Source: Lama guanicoe (lineage: Eukaryota). From it: 64,000 bases of DNA. The notes beneath the pieces are model-generated. The model worked only from the letters and a program-made list of their open reading frames with translations. It did no database searches and was not told where the DNA came from. The translations under genes were made by a program, and so were the position numbers. The stretch spans positions 1,042,927 through 1,106,926 of the forward strand of contig MU053513.1 in assembly GCA_013239625.1 (NCBI GenBank). Reading direction: 5' to 3'. This document shows, one piece after another, positions 24,266 through 36,789 of this stretch (the first letter of the stretch is position 1; every line of letters starts with the position of its first letter).

Positions 24266-26462
24266 GTGACCCAGCCCTTGGGAGACTGCAACTATCTCTT
24301 ACTTAAAAAGAGCCTCCAGGTGCTTTTGTGATATTAAATGATCTTAAAAGACCTGCATGTCTAGCATACAAATATCAGATGAACACATGTCAACATATGT
24401 TAACTGAGGTAATGGGTAAGATGTTATAACCAGTCCAAAGGAGACACCAAAGAACCACAAATTTATATGGAATAAAGAAGGGTTGAAATAACTTGAAGCT
24501 TGCGTTTTCCAGAGGGGTTACTTGAGGAGCAGAGAGTGAGGGAAATCAATAAAATTGCTACCTGACACAATGTATTTGTATGTTATTGACAAGAATTATT
24601 TCTCATTGTTAACTGTCACTTACAACTTGCAGAGTTCTAAACTGGCTCAAAGGCAAAAACAAAAACAAAAAACAAAAAATGAAAGACAAACAAAAAGCTA
24701 GAATTAGCAGCCCAGGAAGTATGATAGCCTAAATGATGCAAAGTTTCCCATTGCAGACGCCCAATTATTCTTTGTCGTTTATTTCAAATGTCCTAACCTG
24801 AGTCTTCCCATGCTATTTACCTGCTAAACTTATTCTGGAGATACGAGTCCAGACTACACCCACGTGCCAGCAATTGTAAGAGTGACTAGAGCAGCTTTGC
24901 ATACTGGTCAGTGTTTGACCTGTCAGGACGGTAAACTCAATCCTAGAATTTTCCTTTGGAATTTCAGTTAAGGTCTACTGTCCTCATATTACCTAAATCA
25001 TCAGAGACATGACTACTGTCCAGGAGGACAGATGAATCAAGCACATAATGTCTAGACAGTGTAGGAAAAATTTTGTGCTTTGATGGAAAACTACACATTT
25101 TCTCTAAGATGTCCTTCAGGGTTACCTGAATTTGATTCTATGGGAGTTATTGTACAAAACAGTTCTTACCTATCAACATGCAAATAAATTCTGGGAAGAG
25201 ACAACCCTCTCCTGTGAAAACATAGCCTTCTCTGAAAAGCCAACTTTGCTTCCATTTGTCCATTCATTTCAACATTCCAAATTCAACATAAATTTGTGTT
25301 TCTTTGACTTCTCTGAACAGGCTGTAACATCTTCTTTTCCTTACTATTGAGTTAAGTAAAATCTTTACTATGTACTCATTCTTACATCTGTATGAGAATC
25401 CTGATTTTACTTTCCTTTGAAAATTATTATTTGACAACAGCAGTGGCAAAAATATATAGCATGATAGCCAACTGAAAACAATGCCTTAATTACAGTCAAA
25501 ATATACCATATTGTCTTATATTCATTTCAACTAAGTCTAATAAATCACCATTCTCTTTAAAGATAGGAGAGTTGAGTTGGACACTGTCCAGGGAGGTTAA
25601 CATAAAACTCTTGCTTTGAAATCAGACAACTGTCATAAGACATCTGTACATCTCAATAACTTTTTGAGATGTATAAATTATGTACTTCACCCAGTGTAAT
25701 GAGGAAATTAACTCTAATTCACTCTATTATATGGGTTGGTAAAAATAAGTTTGCATCTGGATGATAGGGACAGAAGAACAAGAACGTACACCAAAAGAAG
25801 AAGTTCGCTATTTTAGGAAGTGTGGTTTGTAAAGTATAGATTCAGAAGAAATAATGATGCAATAATAAATTAATTGCCTTTAAACTCTAGTTAATGCCAC
25901 TATTAAAAATACTAATAACCACATATAATAATTAAGAGTTTTAAATACAGCATCTGTTTCAGCACAGGTTTTATGCACAGACAGTGGAATGTTGACTGCT
26001 TAATGGAATTAAATGACCGCTACTTGGTTCCCCAAGTCCAGAGAATTCCCCAACTAAGGCTTAAAATACTATTACGATTTAATTTTTTATTCTTTTAATT
26101 AGCCTACTCCTTAGAACTTTCAAAAATCTATTATTTAACTATAATTCTTAAAGAATAATATCTCAAGTCCTCTACGTATCATTACAAATGTATTTATCAG
26201 GTCATTTTCCTTCAGTAGCAACAGATACTGGAATAATGTTGATAACATTACACCCCAATGGCAAAGGTGAGAGAGGAGAAAATGTATTTATGGGGCAATC
26301 CAAGAGAGATTAAGGTGTCTGAATCAGAAACAAATGTAAATTAAAAAGTTCTGACACCAATCAATACCAGCCAAATTTGAACAATTTGAAAATCTGTGTA
26401 TTTATCTTTTAATCTGTTCTGTGAAGTGAAAACCCTTTTCTTGATATTCTACATACTCACAA

Positions 26463-26860
26463 TGTTAAAGAAAATCAGAGCTGGTTGATCGTTAAGTAGA
26501 AACAGATTTCATTCAAGAGTTATTATAATAGGAGAAAAAAAGATCTCAGTATAGAACTGGGCTCACTTACAAATACAGCACAGAAAAACTAAGAATTTAT
26601 AGCTCAGGAGTAGGTTCGAGGTCAGTGGATGGGAAATTACGAGAAGGAAACTCAGGGATAATGGGGATTCTGGCTAACTCGACCTGATAGGATTCTTGCT
26701 GATGTCAGATCAGGCTAATCAGGTACTAGGAATGGGAGGTAAGGAATCTGACCAGATACTGAGAGTGGCTGGATATCAAGGACAGACATGGAAAGTGGAG
26801 GGCTAGAGAGGGACTAGAGGAGCCTGACTACCATTAGGTCAAGAAGACAGTCTGTGTCGA
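26463..26860 (-). mobile_element. ERV1 LTR, MER31/MER67-like
   Basis: 'tgttaaagaaaatcagagctgg..ctcagtatagaactgggctca..aatttatagctcaggag..gtcagtggatgggaaattac'. Confidence 0.75.
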
Positions 26861-28914
26861 CAAAGATGCATCCAATGCTCGTCTTTAAATGGAATATTAT
26901 AATTGGGTCAAGAGAAAGGGGTTTGAGTGGGTGGGAGTTTCTCCAAATGGAATTTATACATGCTTTTAAATGATTCAATTTAAATAAACAATTCCAGATG
27001 ACCAGGAAGTTCTTTCTATAAAGCTTGAGCTGAGGAGTCACTCACTAAGATGCCTATGTTTGCTTCTGCCACATAGTCTCTCTAGAGAATAGGGTTTTTT
27101 TTTTCTTTCTCTTTTTTTTTTTTTTTTTGGAATATGATACTGGCAAATTCTACTTCTACTGCCAATCCTGATGGAACTAGCTATTAATCTAACTCAAAGT
27201 GCATTGAGGGACATGTAAAGCCATATCTCATTCCTCAATTCTACCAGAGCAGAAAGAAATAAGTTGAAAGAACATCCAACCTGAGGACAGGCAAGTGTTT
27301 CTGAGGTTAGATGTAACTTTATTGCATTTCACTTTAATGTTTTAGCAGCTATTACTGCATTCCTGGATATCATCTCATTGTAACTTAGTCTCTGATAAAA
27401 CACTTCACCATCTGCCCTAGTTCTTCCCAACACCTTTACCACTTTTGCCAAACTGAGAGCAGAAGAGAGTCACTGGTTTCATTTATTGATCTCCTTTTTC
27501 ACATCACATTGAGTGATTCCAATTTAATACAGCTCATGAGCTGTTACTACAGAGTGTGAAGGAATGCAAATGATCTGGCTGGTACTGTCGGAGAAAACAT
27601 TGTAATTGCCATGAAATGAACAAAGGGCCTCTAATTATACACGTTAATAGGACAAAGATGCACAGTGTTCTGTTTAATGATATCAGTTTTATGGTTGAGA
27701 TTTCCAGCACTTCTCATATTATGCTGTATGTCTTATTAGGCAATTAGTAAATTGATTCAAACTGCACAGGGTGGTTTTAAAATCCAACAATACTTGTGCT
27801 TATATATGTTTCCTTTTCTTTTTACACTTTCTCATGACAGGAGTTGCCCTTCAATACTTAGTAAATTAGTAAGACAGACAGGTATCAGTTTTCCATCAGA
27901 ACACTCCTAACATCTTGGTATTGATGTGTTTCTCCTCAGATGACACTGGATTTAAAATATGGATTAAATCTTTTTGTTGCAGTCCATCCTCTAAAATAAA
28001 TAGAGATACACACTTAACAAAGGCTAGAGATGCTTATGAAAATGTATCCAATCAAATGCGACATTTACAAGACACATATGAGAAATAATATCAAAAAATA
28101 GTAGGAAAAAAGTAAAGCAGGAAAATTTGTTTTGAGCTATTTATACTTAAAGTGAGAACAATGTTATGCCACTGCTATAACTGAGAAGCAATATCCACAA
28201 AATGACTGAAAAGTAATATCTACAAATAATAATTTCACAGCTGTATATGCAAAGTTATTTGGACAAAAACTTTTCTTTATTGTATTTGATAAACATTTAT
28301 TCCAAAAGGAATAGAAATTTGAAAAACACATATGGCAATTTTTTCTGTCCCTTTTTAGATAGTTTGAGTCATGGCATAAGTTTTCTTTATGTTTTTTTTC
28401 CCCAAATAAAATTGTTTTATCTGCAAAACCAAGTGATTTTATGACCTCTAGAAGCATTTTCTCCAGGTGCAGTTCATAAGATAATCTCAGTATTTCAGAT
28501 TTTTCTTTTTTTATAATTTCAGGCATTTGGAGAACCTGAGGGGAATCTCTTAACAGTCAAGAAGGTCATTAGGAGTTGACAGTACAGCTTTATAGTCCAG
28601 TGATGTAAACTATTATTCTTTTCAAGCATTCAAAAATCATGCCAACCTCCATTGGACTGCCATTAGAAAGGAGTGTCTGTTACACTTTTGCAAATTGGAC
28701 ACTGTAAGCATAGCTTACATGATTGTATCTTGTAGTACAGCATTTAAAGCACTGAATCATTGTGATTACTTTATTATAACTGAAGCCCAGATTTCGCCAG
28801 TGCTTGTGAGGTATTAGACTAAGTGCTGTGATGGATACAATGAATAAGGAGTATCTCTTTAGGACTGCATGTGAAAAGATAGTTGATGGTGGGAGGGAGA
28901 AAAAGACTTGAAAT

Positions 28915-28985
28915 GGATTGGTGCTCTGCCACTAGCTGTGTGACATTGGCCAAATCCTCAACATTTCTGAATCCAAATTCCCCAG
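28915..28985 (+). mobile_element. MIR fragment
   Basis: 'gctctgccactagctgtgtgacattggccaaat'. Confidence 0.65.
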
Positions 28986-28986
28986 G

Positions 28987-29470
28987 TTAACAGAAAACCA
29001 AGTGCAACCAATCAGGACACTATGGGACCTTCCCAGGACAGACCCCTCCCCCATACACTCTGCTGCAGCTCCCCTCTGAAGTACACAGATAATAGTATCT
29101 CATGCATATTTCCTGACTTCTTTAGATGCTAAAAACACCACCAAAGTTAAGAAATTAACTACTTGATGATCATGAGCACGTAGCCCCCCAGACCTTCTAG
29201 TGCCTAGGGGCTGACAGTGTTGATGCCCTGTTACCTCAGCATCAACCAGCCAGGGAACTGTGCACGAGCCGATCACGTACCCTATGACCCCCACCTCACC
29301 TGGACCTTAAATGTGCTTTGCTGAAACCCTCTGGGGAGTTTGGGTTTTTTTCTTGGCACCACATACCCCTTTCTTGGCCCTGCAATAAAACTTTCTCTGC
29401 TCCAAACCCTGACGCTTCGGTTTGTTTGGCCTCGTGGTGCATCGGGCACACAAACTTTCATGAGGTAACA
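28987..29470 (+). mobile_element. ERV1-type solo LTR
   Basis: Ends ...GGTAACA; AATAAA near 29384; apparent 4-bp TSD CAGG; 5' TG is degenerate. Confidence 0.8.
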
Positions 29471-29889
29471 CAGGGACCCACACAGGGCTGTGGTAAAGAT
29501 ACACTAATGCTATATAAGGTAGTGTGTTATCTGGGGACACATTTTTGCTTTTAATGTGATGGAAAGGGGTAATGTAAAGAGGCTGAAGAAACAAGAAATA
29601 AGAGAATGGATGAATCAACATTAAGGAAGATCTTAGAAAGGGTAGGCTTTAAGAACAAATTGGGGATCAGTCTCAGCCAAAGAGACTGAGGAAAAGAAAA
29701 CGACTCTAGAAGCAAACACAGACATGCTTACAGGCAGACAGGGACTAGTATAAAAGTTCATGCTCAACACTGGTGTATACAGTTCTCTCTTTGAAACAAA
29801 AGTCGAGGTCATCTCTAAAGTTGCAGGAGAACACAGGCAGGTGCATGATGTACAGCGGAAGAACTGATGCAGGAAAAACCGACGTGGGG

Positions 29890-30491
29890 TGTGAGGAGGG
29901 CCGTGTCCCAGGCCTTGGTTGAGCCCCCGGCACGTGTCCTGCCATGTGGGTCCTTGGCTTCACACAGGAAAGAATTCAAGAGCGAGCCACAGTTGAGTAA
30001 AGATAGATTTATTTAGAGAGATACATCGAAAGGCAAGAGAAAGGCCACGAGGTGTGGGGGTTGGGTGCTCAAATTAGAGTAAAAGTAGGTACACACTCCA
30101 TAGATGCTGGTCTTCTCCAAAGAGGAGGGAGCAAGAGAGGCAGCCATGAGGTGGGCACACTGTTGCCAGTGTTTATGAGTTCCTTAGCTTCCTATGCTAA
30201 TAAATGGAAGGACCAGTCTAACTAGCCTGGGGAAGGGACTGGGATTCCCAGGAAGTTGGCCACTTCCCACTCTTTGACCTTCTGTGGCTAGCCTTGGAGT
30301 TGCCATGGAGCCTGCGGGCATGTTATTCACCATGCTGATATGTTACAGTGAGCATATAATGAAGCTCAAAGAAGTTAAATCTCCCACCATCTTGAGCCTC
30401 AAGGCCTACTGGGCGTTGAATCTTTCGCCATTCTGGTGTTAACTGCTGTGTTATTCCTTGAATGGCTGTGCCCTGCCCCCTTCCTTTCTCA
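29890..30491 (-). mobile_element. Solo LTR (ERV1-like)
   Basis: TG...CA termini; minus strand starts 'tgagaaaggaagggggcagggcacagcc'; reverse polyA 'tttattt' near 30008; no TSD seen. Confidence 0.75.
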
Positions 30492-30851
30492 GAATCAGGA
30501 GAGTTGTTGAAATGAATCAGAGAACAGCTGTTGAATTGTGCGATGGCCTCCAGTCACACAGACATGTAGTGAAGGAGAAGGCAATTTTTACTGTTTTTTA
30601 TTTACAAGAGGATTATAGTGGACCACAGAGGTCAGTCAGGCAAAGGAATTGAGGCTGTTAGCCAAAGGAGCCTGGATGTGAACTGAGTGTTTAGAAAAGG
30701 AAGGACCACCTCAAGAAGCCCAGAGACTAGAAGAGTTGGATGTCAAGAAAATGAAAGTTTCAACAAGATCAAAAAGCAAGAGTGTGGAGAATACTGGCAC
30801 AACGACTGAAAAGAAATGATGCTGGAATCAGAACCATGGAGCCTAAGCTTC

Positions 30852-31301
30852 TGAAAAGGTTTAGAATAAGCCTCCCCAAAATGTGCCACTTTCACATGAA
30901 GATTATTTTGAGCTAAAAGCAGTCAAGACCCTGCGGACCCAAGAGAAACTTCTGCTCCTCCGTAACTACCTAGAAGAATTTAAATTGGTGCTCTTTCCAG
31001 AATGAAAATTATTATCAGAGAGAAATTTTATCTGAGTGACCCATCGGTATTGCAGAGCAAACATCTAATTACCGAACATCTGCTCTTCTTCTGGACGCCC
31101 CTGGCCCCTTTCCCAGTCCTCAGCGCTGGATGGCATCTCTGCCTCTCTTCAGCCTTCTGTCTTTGAACCTCTCATGTATGTGGGAGTTCCTGTACAACAG
31201 AATTAAAATTTGATTTTCTCCTGTTAATCTGGTCTCACGCCTGTTTGATTAAACCATCCAAGAACTGTTAAAGGGTAAAGGAAAAAGCTTCCTTCCTGAC
31301 A
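30852..31301 (+). mobile_element. MER34/MER39-like ERV1 LTR
   Basis: 'ccccaaaatgtgccacttt..gattattttgagctaaa', 'ttttctcctgttaatctg'; ends 'cctgaca'. Confidence 0.8.
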
Positions 31302-31867
31302 CTGTCTAACCCTAGCGTGTGGAGGCTCATTTCAGATGACGGCAAAGTCCAGGGTACAGTAATGGAGATAAGTTACTCAAAAGAAATACAAGAGAAAGAC
31401 ATGGACGTAGAGGACATAAGGGGCCAGGAGATTCAGGATATTTGGGGTGATTTAAACAGCGAAATCACAGGATAATAGAAGGTGAATGGGAGAGGATGAC
31501 TGTGAGAGGAGCCATTGTCCCCAGTCAGTGTCTGAAATGTGAATGAAAATTGACATTTTTATATTTATGTAAATTTATGCAACTTTATATAAATGTAAAT
31601 GAAAAGTAAATGAGGAAAAGAAGTATACCCGACAGGAGAGCAAATGGTTCCACTTTCATGTTGAAAGGTCTCTGAGTATTAAAGTCTTAGGAAAATGACA
31701 ACAGTCACAGTCTCAGAAAACGTGAGAAGCCCTGGAGAATGAGACGTTCCACTGAACAGACCTACAGAAGACATTATGTTTCCTGGGGAATAAGCAGTTT
31801 TCTGATCGTTCCCAGAAATGGCCATCCTTTTACAATAAAATATAGATTATATAGATAGCCTTCTATA

Positions 31868-31911
31868 GTATGATATAATATAATATAATATAATACAATA
31901 TAATATAATAT
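31868..31911. repeat. (ATAAT)n AT-rich simple repeat
   Basis: Visible pentanucleotide run. Confidence 0.85.
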
Positions 31912-32719
31912 TTGTAATTCTGAAAATCTTATTTCTAGTCATAGATAATTAAATATTATAGAGCCTGATAAACTACTTGTTGACTTAGGAATTCAAATAA
32001 GTATTGAATCTCATCAAATTACAGTAACTAAACATTAATTGCATTAATTTTTAGCACTAATATTTGCCTTTTTTAAATTCCCCCCCTTTGCCTAGTTGAG
32101 ACATTTGTTCCATGAACTAAATTAATTCTTGAGTAATTTTTTTTGTTGTTTTGCATTAAGGCCCTTGTCAAACAGTTTTGCCTCTATTGTCCATCATGTT
32201 TTTGACATTTGGATTTGAAATGTACATTAGTATGATAGACTGTTGCCCCTGCCATTTTCCCATGAGCTGCTTCTCATTTAGTTAAATACCTCTTCAGGGG
32301 GCTGAGACTCCATTGATTTCAAAGTGAAATCAGCATGCAGATGAGAATTTTTTCAGACCATACTGAATAATGAAAAATTGGACTCTACATTATCTTCCCC
32401 AAGAGGGGAAGGCTGTATTCAGCAGAGCCAGGGAAAGAAAACACAAACGAGAAAATATAGAAAGCAAGGGAACAGCAGGTAGGAAAATTAGTCATGGTTT
32501 GCTCTGGAGTAAAAAATTTTACCTCCAATATACTGCCAAAAATACTGAATGATTTCATGCAACGTGTTATTCTAGCTTTTACAAAAAAAGGGTTTCTGAG
32601 ATTTTCTTTCTTTTATGCCTTTATATTTTCTTGACTTTTTCTTTTTAACCTGGTTCCAGTTTCCTTGGATATTTTCAGAGGATAGCCTTCTTAGAGCAGT
32701 TGCCAAAACTTACCTACAT

Positions 32720-32761
32720 TGACCTACTGACCTATTGACCTATTGACCTTGATCAAGGCCA
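32720..32761 (-). promoter_or_regulatory. Cluster of nuclear-receptor half-sites (4x AGGTCA, DR2 spacing, plus TCAAGGTCA/TCAAGGCCA)
   Basis: TGACCT at 32720, 32728, 32736, 32744; TGACCTTGA at 32744-32752 abuts TCAAGGCCA at 32753-32761; function untested. Confidence 0.4.
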
Positions 32762-33718
32762 CAAGGCAAAATCCCCAGTCTTCCACTTTGCAAATTAACT
32801 TGGTATTTTTAGGCTTACTTTCATCTGGTTTTGCTATTCCACAGATGAGAATTATTTCTCTGAGAGGTTTGATTTACTTCTATTAATTATTATTCAAAAA
32901 TATACTCTGTGAAACAATTGCAACCAAATACCAGACAAATGAAAACAGATGGCAGTGTAATAATCTAGAGAAAGAATTTTGCCCAGAGGTGGGGGGAGGA
33001 GTGGGGTGGAAGTTACAGTGTAGACAGACTTTCTTACATTGCTCTCAGAAAGGCAGCCTTAAAAGTGACTAAAACTAGTTTTACTGGTATCTCTTTCCAT
33101 TTTAGACATGTTTATATTTCTAAGGTAAAGATCTGTCAGAACAATCCAGACCTTAAACAGCTAAAATAAATTACTTTGTTTCATGGTCCCTCAATTACAA
33201 CTTTTGAGTTCATGTTAGATGAAAGACAAGATTTACCAACTAAATTTAGAAAATACCACATCTGAATGATAAAAGTCAGTTTGAGAATTGCACAATAATT
33301 TGAATAACATTAAAAATTTCCCTCAGTCTTTAGGAAGTTTATGTCTCTTGTTGTTCTATTGTTATCTTTGTAGACTTTATCCACCCAAGATCTAAACAGT
33401 TGGTCAGTTTCATCAGCTCCTTTAAACAGTGCTTCTGCACAGCGACCAGGGGTCTGAACATCTGAAGACAATACCTTTCACCAGGTGAGGAGGAGGTCCT
33501 TTGATCTCATTAACATCCACAAAAGGATGCTGAAGTGAGAGTCTGCTCTGGAAAAGCAGGCTTCCGGGGCACAAGATGAAGATGTGAAGTCAGGTTTGCC
33601 AGATATTAATCAGCCAAAAGTGCTTCTGCCTGAAAAGCCTAGTCCAGGATCCCCATGAGGTGATGTACTTAACACCTCCCAAACTCCCTTTTCAGCACAG
33701 ACTACCCACTACACTTAC

Positions 33719-33733
33719 AGCGCCAGATGGAAC
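33719..33733 (-). other. Candidate 15-nt microexon
   Basis: Minus strand: ...cattgcaacactttttcaag|GTTCCATCTGGCGCT|gtaagt. Confidence 0.4.
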
Positions 33734-34224
33734 CTTGAAAAAGTGTTGCAATGTAATCAGGCGTCAAAGTTAAAATGAATTTTACGAACAGCACTGAGGC
33801 TAACTACGTTTCCAAACCACTTTTGGCATGTTTCTTTGGTCTCCTCCATTCATTTTGCCAGCAGCCGTTGATTTAAAAGGTTATATGAATGTGTGTATTT
33901 TTTTTTCCTAATGTAACATTTACAGAGAAAGCACTTATGTAAATAAACCTTTGGAAAATGAGGCTGTTATGATTAAAGCACAAATGTAGGCATATGTCAT
34001 GGAAAATACTGTTCTTTTTCTTTAATACTATGTTAAGGAAAAGTTATTTAAATACATTTCAAGTAAACACTTTACACATACATTCACTATTATAGACACT
34101 CAATTTTCCACAATATTATAAAAGTGTATATGAGTGCTTTTAAACTGGAAACGTCTATCATACTTCTCCTGGTGCGAAGACCGTAAGGAGCACGTGCGCT
34201 CATATCTTTGTGTTATAAATATAT

Positions 34225-34248
34225 GTACATATACATTTTATATATATA

Positions 34249-34288
<40 letters not shown>
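34225..34288. repeat. (TA)n/(TG)n microsatellite
   Basis: Visible dinucleotide run. Confidence 0.95.
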
Positions 34289-34290
<2 letters not shown>

Positions 34291-35449
34291 AAAGCACCAG
34301 AGCCAACTCCGGCTGCCTATTTTTGCTACTCTGTATAATTCCACAGGTATTGACATATATCACCTGTGATGTGGCTACATTTGGCCAACGTTGCACTCAT
34401 CAGGGAAGAATCAATCTCCAGCTTTCATTAAGTGGTGGAAATAGACCATTGGCATAAAAAAATTGTTTTTAAAAATAAATAAGAGAATTTTCTGCCTAGG
34501 GACTACCCTACTACTGTTCTCCAGTAATTTGAATTATTGAATGGGCTAAATAAAAGCCATTTCTTTTCTTCTTCTTTTGCCAGACGAACCACCTGAAATG
34601 CAAGTTGATTTTTTTTTTTAAATTCTTTCATCCCCTCAGCTTGGTAGGATTTATCCTTGAATGTTCTGTTCTGCACACTCTGCATGGGGTGCTGCCACGT
34701 ACTTATCCAGCAATCTCTAAAAAATAAGAGAGCTTTAAAGAAAATAAAGACTATAAAGCCCATAATATTTGCCAAACTATTAACCATGATGTGCAATTGT
34801 GAGATTGCTTGACAGGGAACTTCACAGAAAGCTGAAACTTTTCATTTCTAGTAAATCGTTTTTAATCAATGGCTTCAAAGTTGTTCTCGCTGCATCTGCG
34901 TGAACATGGGAAAAATGCATGTAGCGATTTTAATCCGATTGAATTCTACCAGTGTTTCTTAAGCGTCTACTATGTGCAGGAACATGGTTTGGTGGGACTG
35001 TGAACTACAATATCCATTTGCTCATCAGTCAGTGAGGTTTAGTCTCAACACTAAAACCTCAGCTCAGCATCAAGAATTCCTAAATGTTTTTCTTGTCTCC
35101 CACCTTCCCCGTCACCAAGTAGATTCAGTGCACTTTCTGGTTCTATGATGTTTGCTTGCATGTCATTGCACTGACCCCACAGGATTGTAATAGTTTGTTG
35201 TAATTATCTCCCACCCTAGAAGGTTTTTCCTGCGGTCAAGAACTCTCTTATTCAATGTCGTGCAGAGATTCGCACAATGCCAGTGAGTTGAGTGAACAAA
35301 TGAGAGAAATAAGAAACAGTCAAGAAGTTGATAATCCCATAATGCAGATAAGTACAAAGATTATAATAATATAAGGTAGAATTTAGTAAATAGCTGAAAA
35401 GAGTGAACGTGCTATAGAGTAGTTTAGAGGAGTAAAAAAGGCCAACCTA

Positions 35450-35625
35450 TAGTTCTGTGACCTGGGGCAAGTTGCCTAACGTCTCCATTACTTCCTTTTT
35501 TTTTTTTCTTTTCTTCTGGTTATAAAATGAGGATAATATCTCACAGAGTTATTGTGAAAATTAAATGGGTCTATAAATGTGAAATGCTTGACACATGATA
35601 GACATTCAAAAAACTAATACTAATT
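35450..35625 (+). mobile_element. MIR SINE
   Basis: 'ctgtgacctggggcaagttgcctaac..tataaaatgaggataat..cacagagttattgtgaaaattaaatg'. Confidence 0.85.
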
Positions 35626-36126
35626 TTAATTCATCACAAAGAGCCCCATCTCACTGTTGTGAAAACTTTCTGCAGGGAAACAAAGGGCAGTAGACCTTGA
35701 AGTGGCTGTGGTCACACTATGGAGAGTGTAAAACCCTAGAATTGAGTTTGCACTTCATTTGTAACACAATAGGGAGAGAAGTGGTTTTACTATGTCTCAA
35801 TTTAGTGCAGTTACACATGCATACCTGACTCACAGATTGTGTCTTGTCTTTCAAATAAATAAGGAATCCCTGAAGACACAGACTACGTTACTTTGTGCAC
35901 TACACAGCATAGCATCTAGAATTTTTTAAATGCCAAATAAATCATTAAGTAATCGATTCCCAGACCAAAGAGATATCTTTAGACTGCCACTCTGGAGAGT
36001 CCAACAGCTGATAAAACATTTCCGCCCCTTATTCAGAGGTATTAATAAAAAACACTCCCAGACTCAGACTTCGTTTTGCACTGGGAATTGACCAGGGCAC
36101 TGGTAAAATCAAAAGACAAAACAAGA

Positions 36127-36789
36127 ATTCCCAGAGAAATGCAAATCAAAACTACAATGAGGTATCACCTCACACCAGTCAGAATGGCTATCATTCAAAA
36201 GTCCACAAATGACAAATGCTAGGGAGGCTGTGGAGAAAGGGGAACCCTCCTACACTGCTGGTGGGAATGCAGTTTGGTGCAGCCACTATGGAAAACAGTG
36301 TGGAGATTCCTCAAAAGACTAGGAATAGACTTACCATATGACCCAGGAATCCCGCTCCTGGGCTTGTAGCCAGAAGGAACTCTACTTCAGGNNNNNNNNN
36401 NNNNNNNNNNNNNNNNNNNNNNNNNNNNNNNNNNNNNNNNNNNNNNNNNNNNNNNNNNNNNNNNNNNNNNNNNNNNNNNNNNNNNNNNNNNNNNNNNNNN
36501 NNNNNNNNNNNNNNNNNNNAGACATAGAATACAAACTTGTGGTTGCCAACGGGGCGGAGGGTGGGAAGGGATAGACGGGATTTCAAAATTGTAGAATAGA
36601 TAAACAAGATTATACTGTATAGCACAGGAAAATATACACAAGATCTTACGGTAGCTCACAGAGAAAAAAATGTGACAATGAATACATGCATCTTCATGTA
36701 TAACTGAAAAATTGTGCTCTACGCTGGAATTTGACACAACATTGTAAAATGATTATAAATCAATAAAAAATGTAAAAAAAAAAGAAAAG
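36127..36789 (+). mobile_element. Young 5'-truncated L1 (ORF2 C-terminus, 3' UTR, polyA)
   Basis: Translates [63 protein letters not shown]; 13-bp TSD agacaaaacaaga (36114-36126 / 36790-36802); gap 36392-36519 inside. Confidence 0.95.

Noticed and set aside
33430..33660. Coding-looking plus-strand stretch (EKQASGAQDEDVKSGLPD...)
   Set aside because: Bounded by stops, no convincing splice sites, no recognised homology
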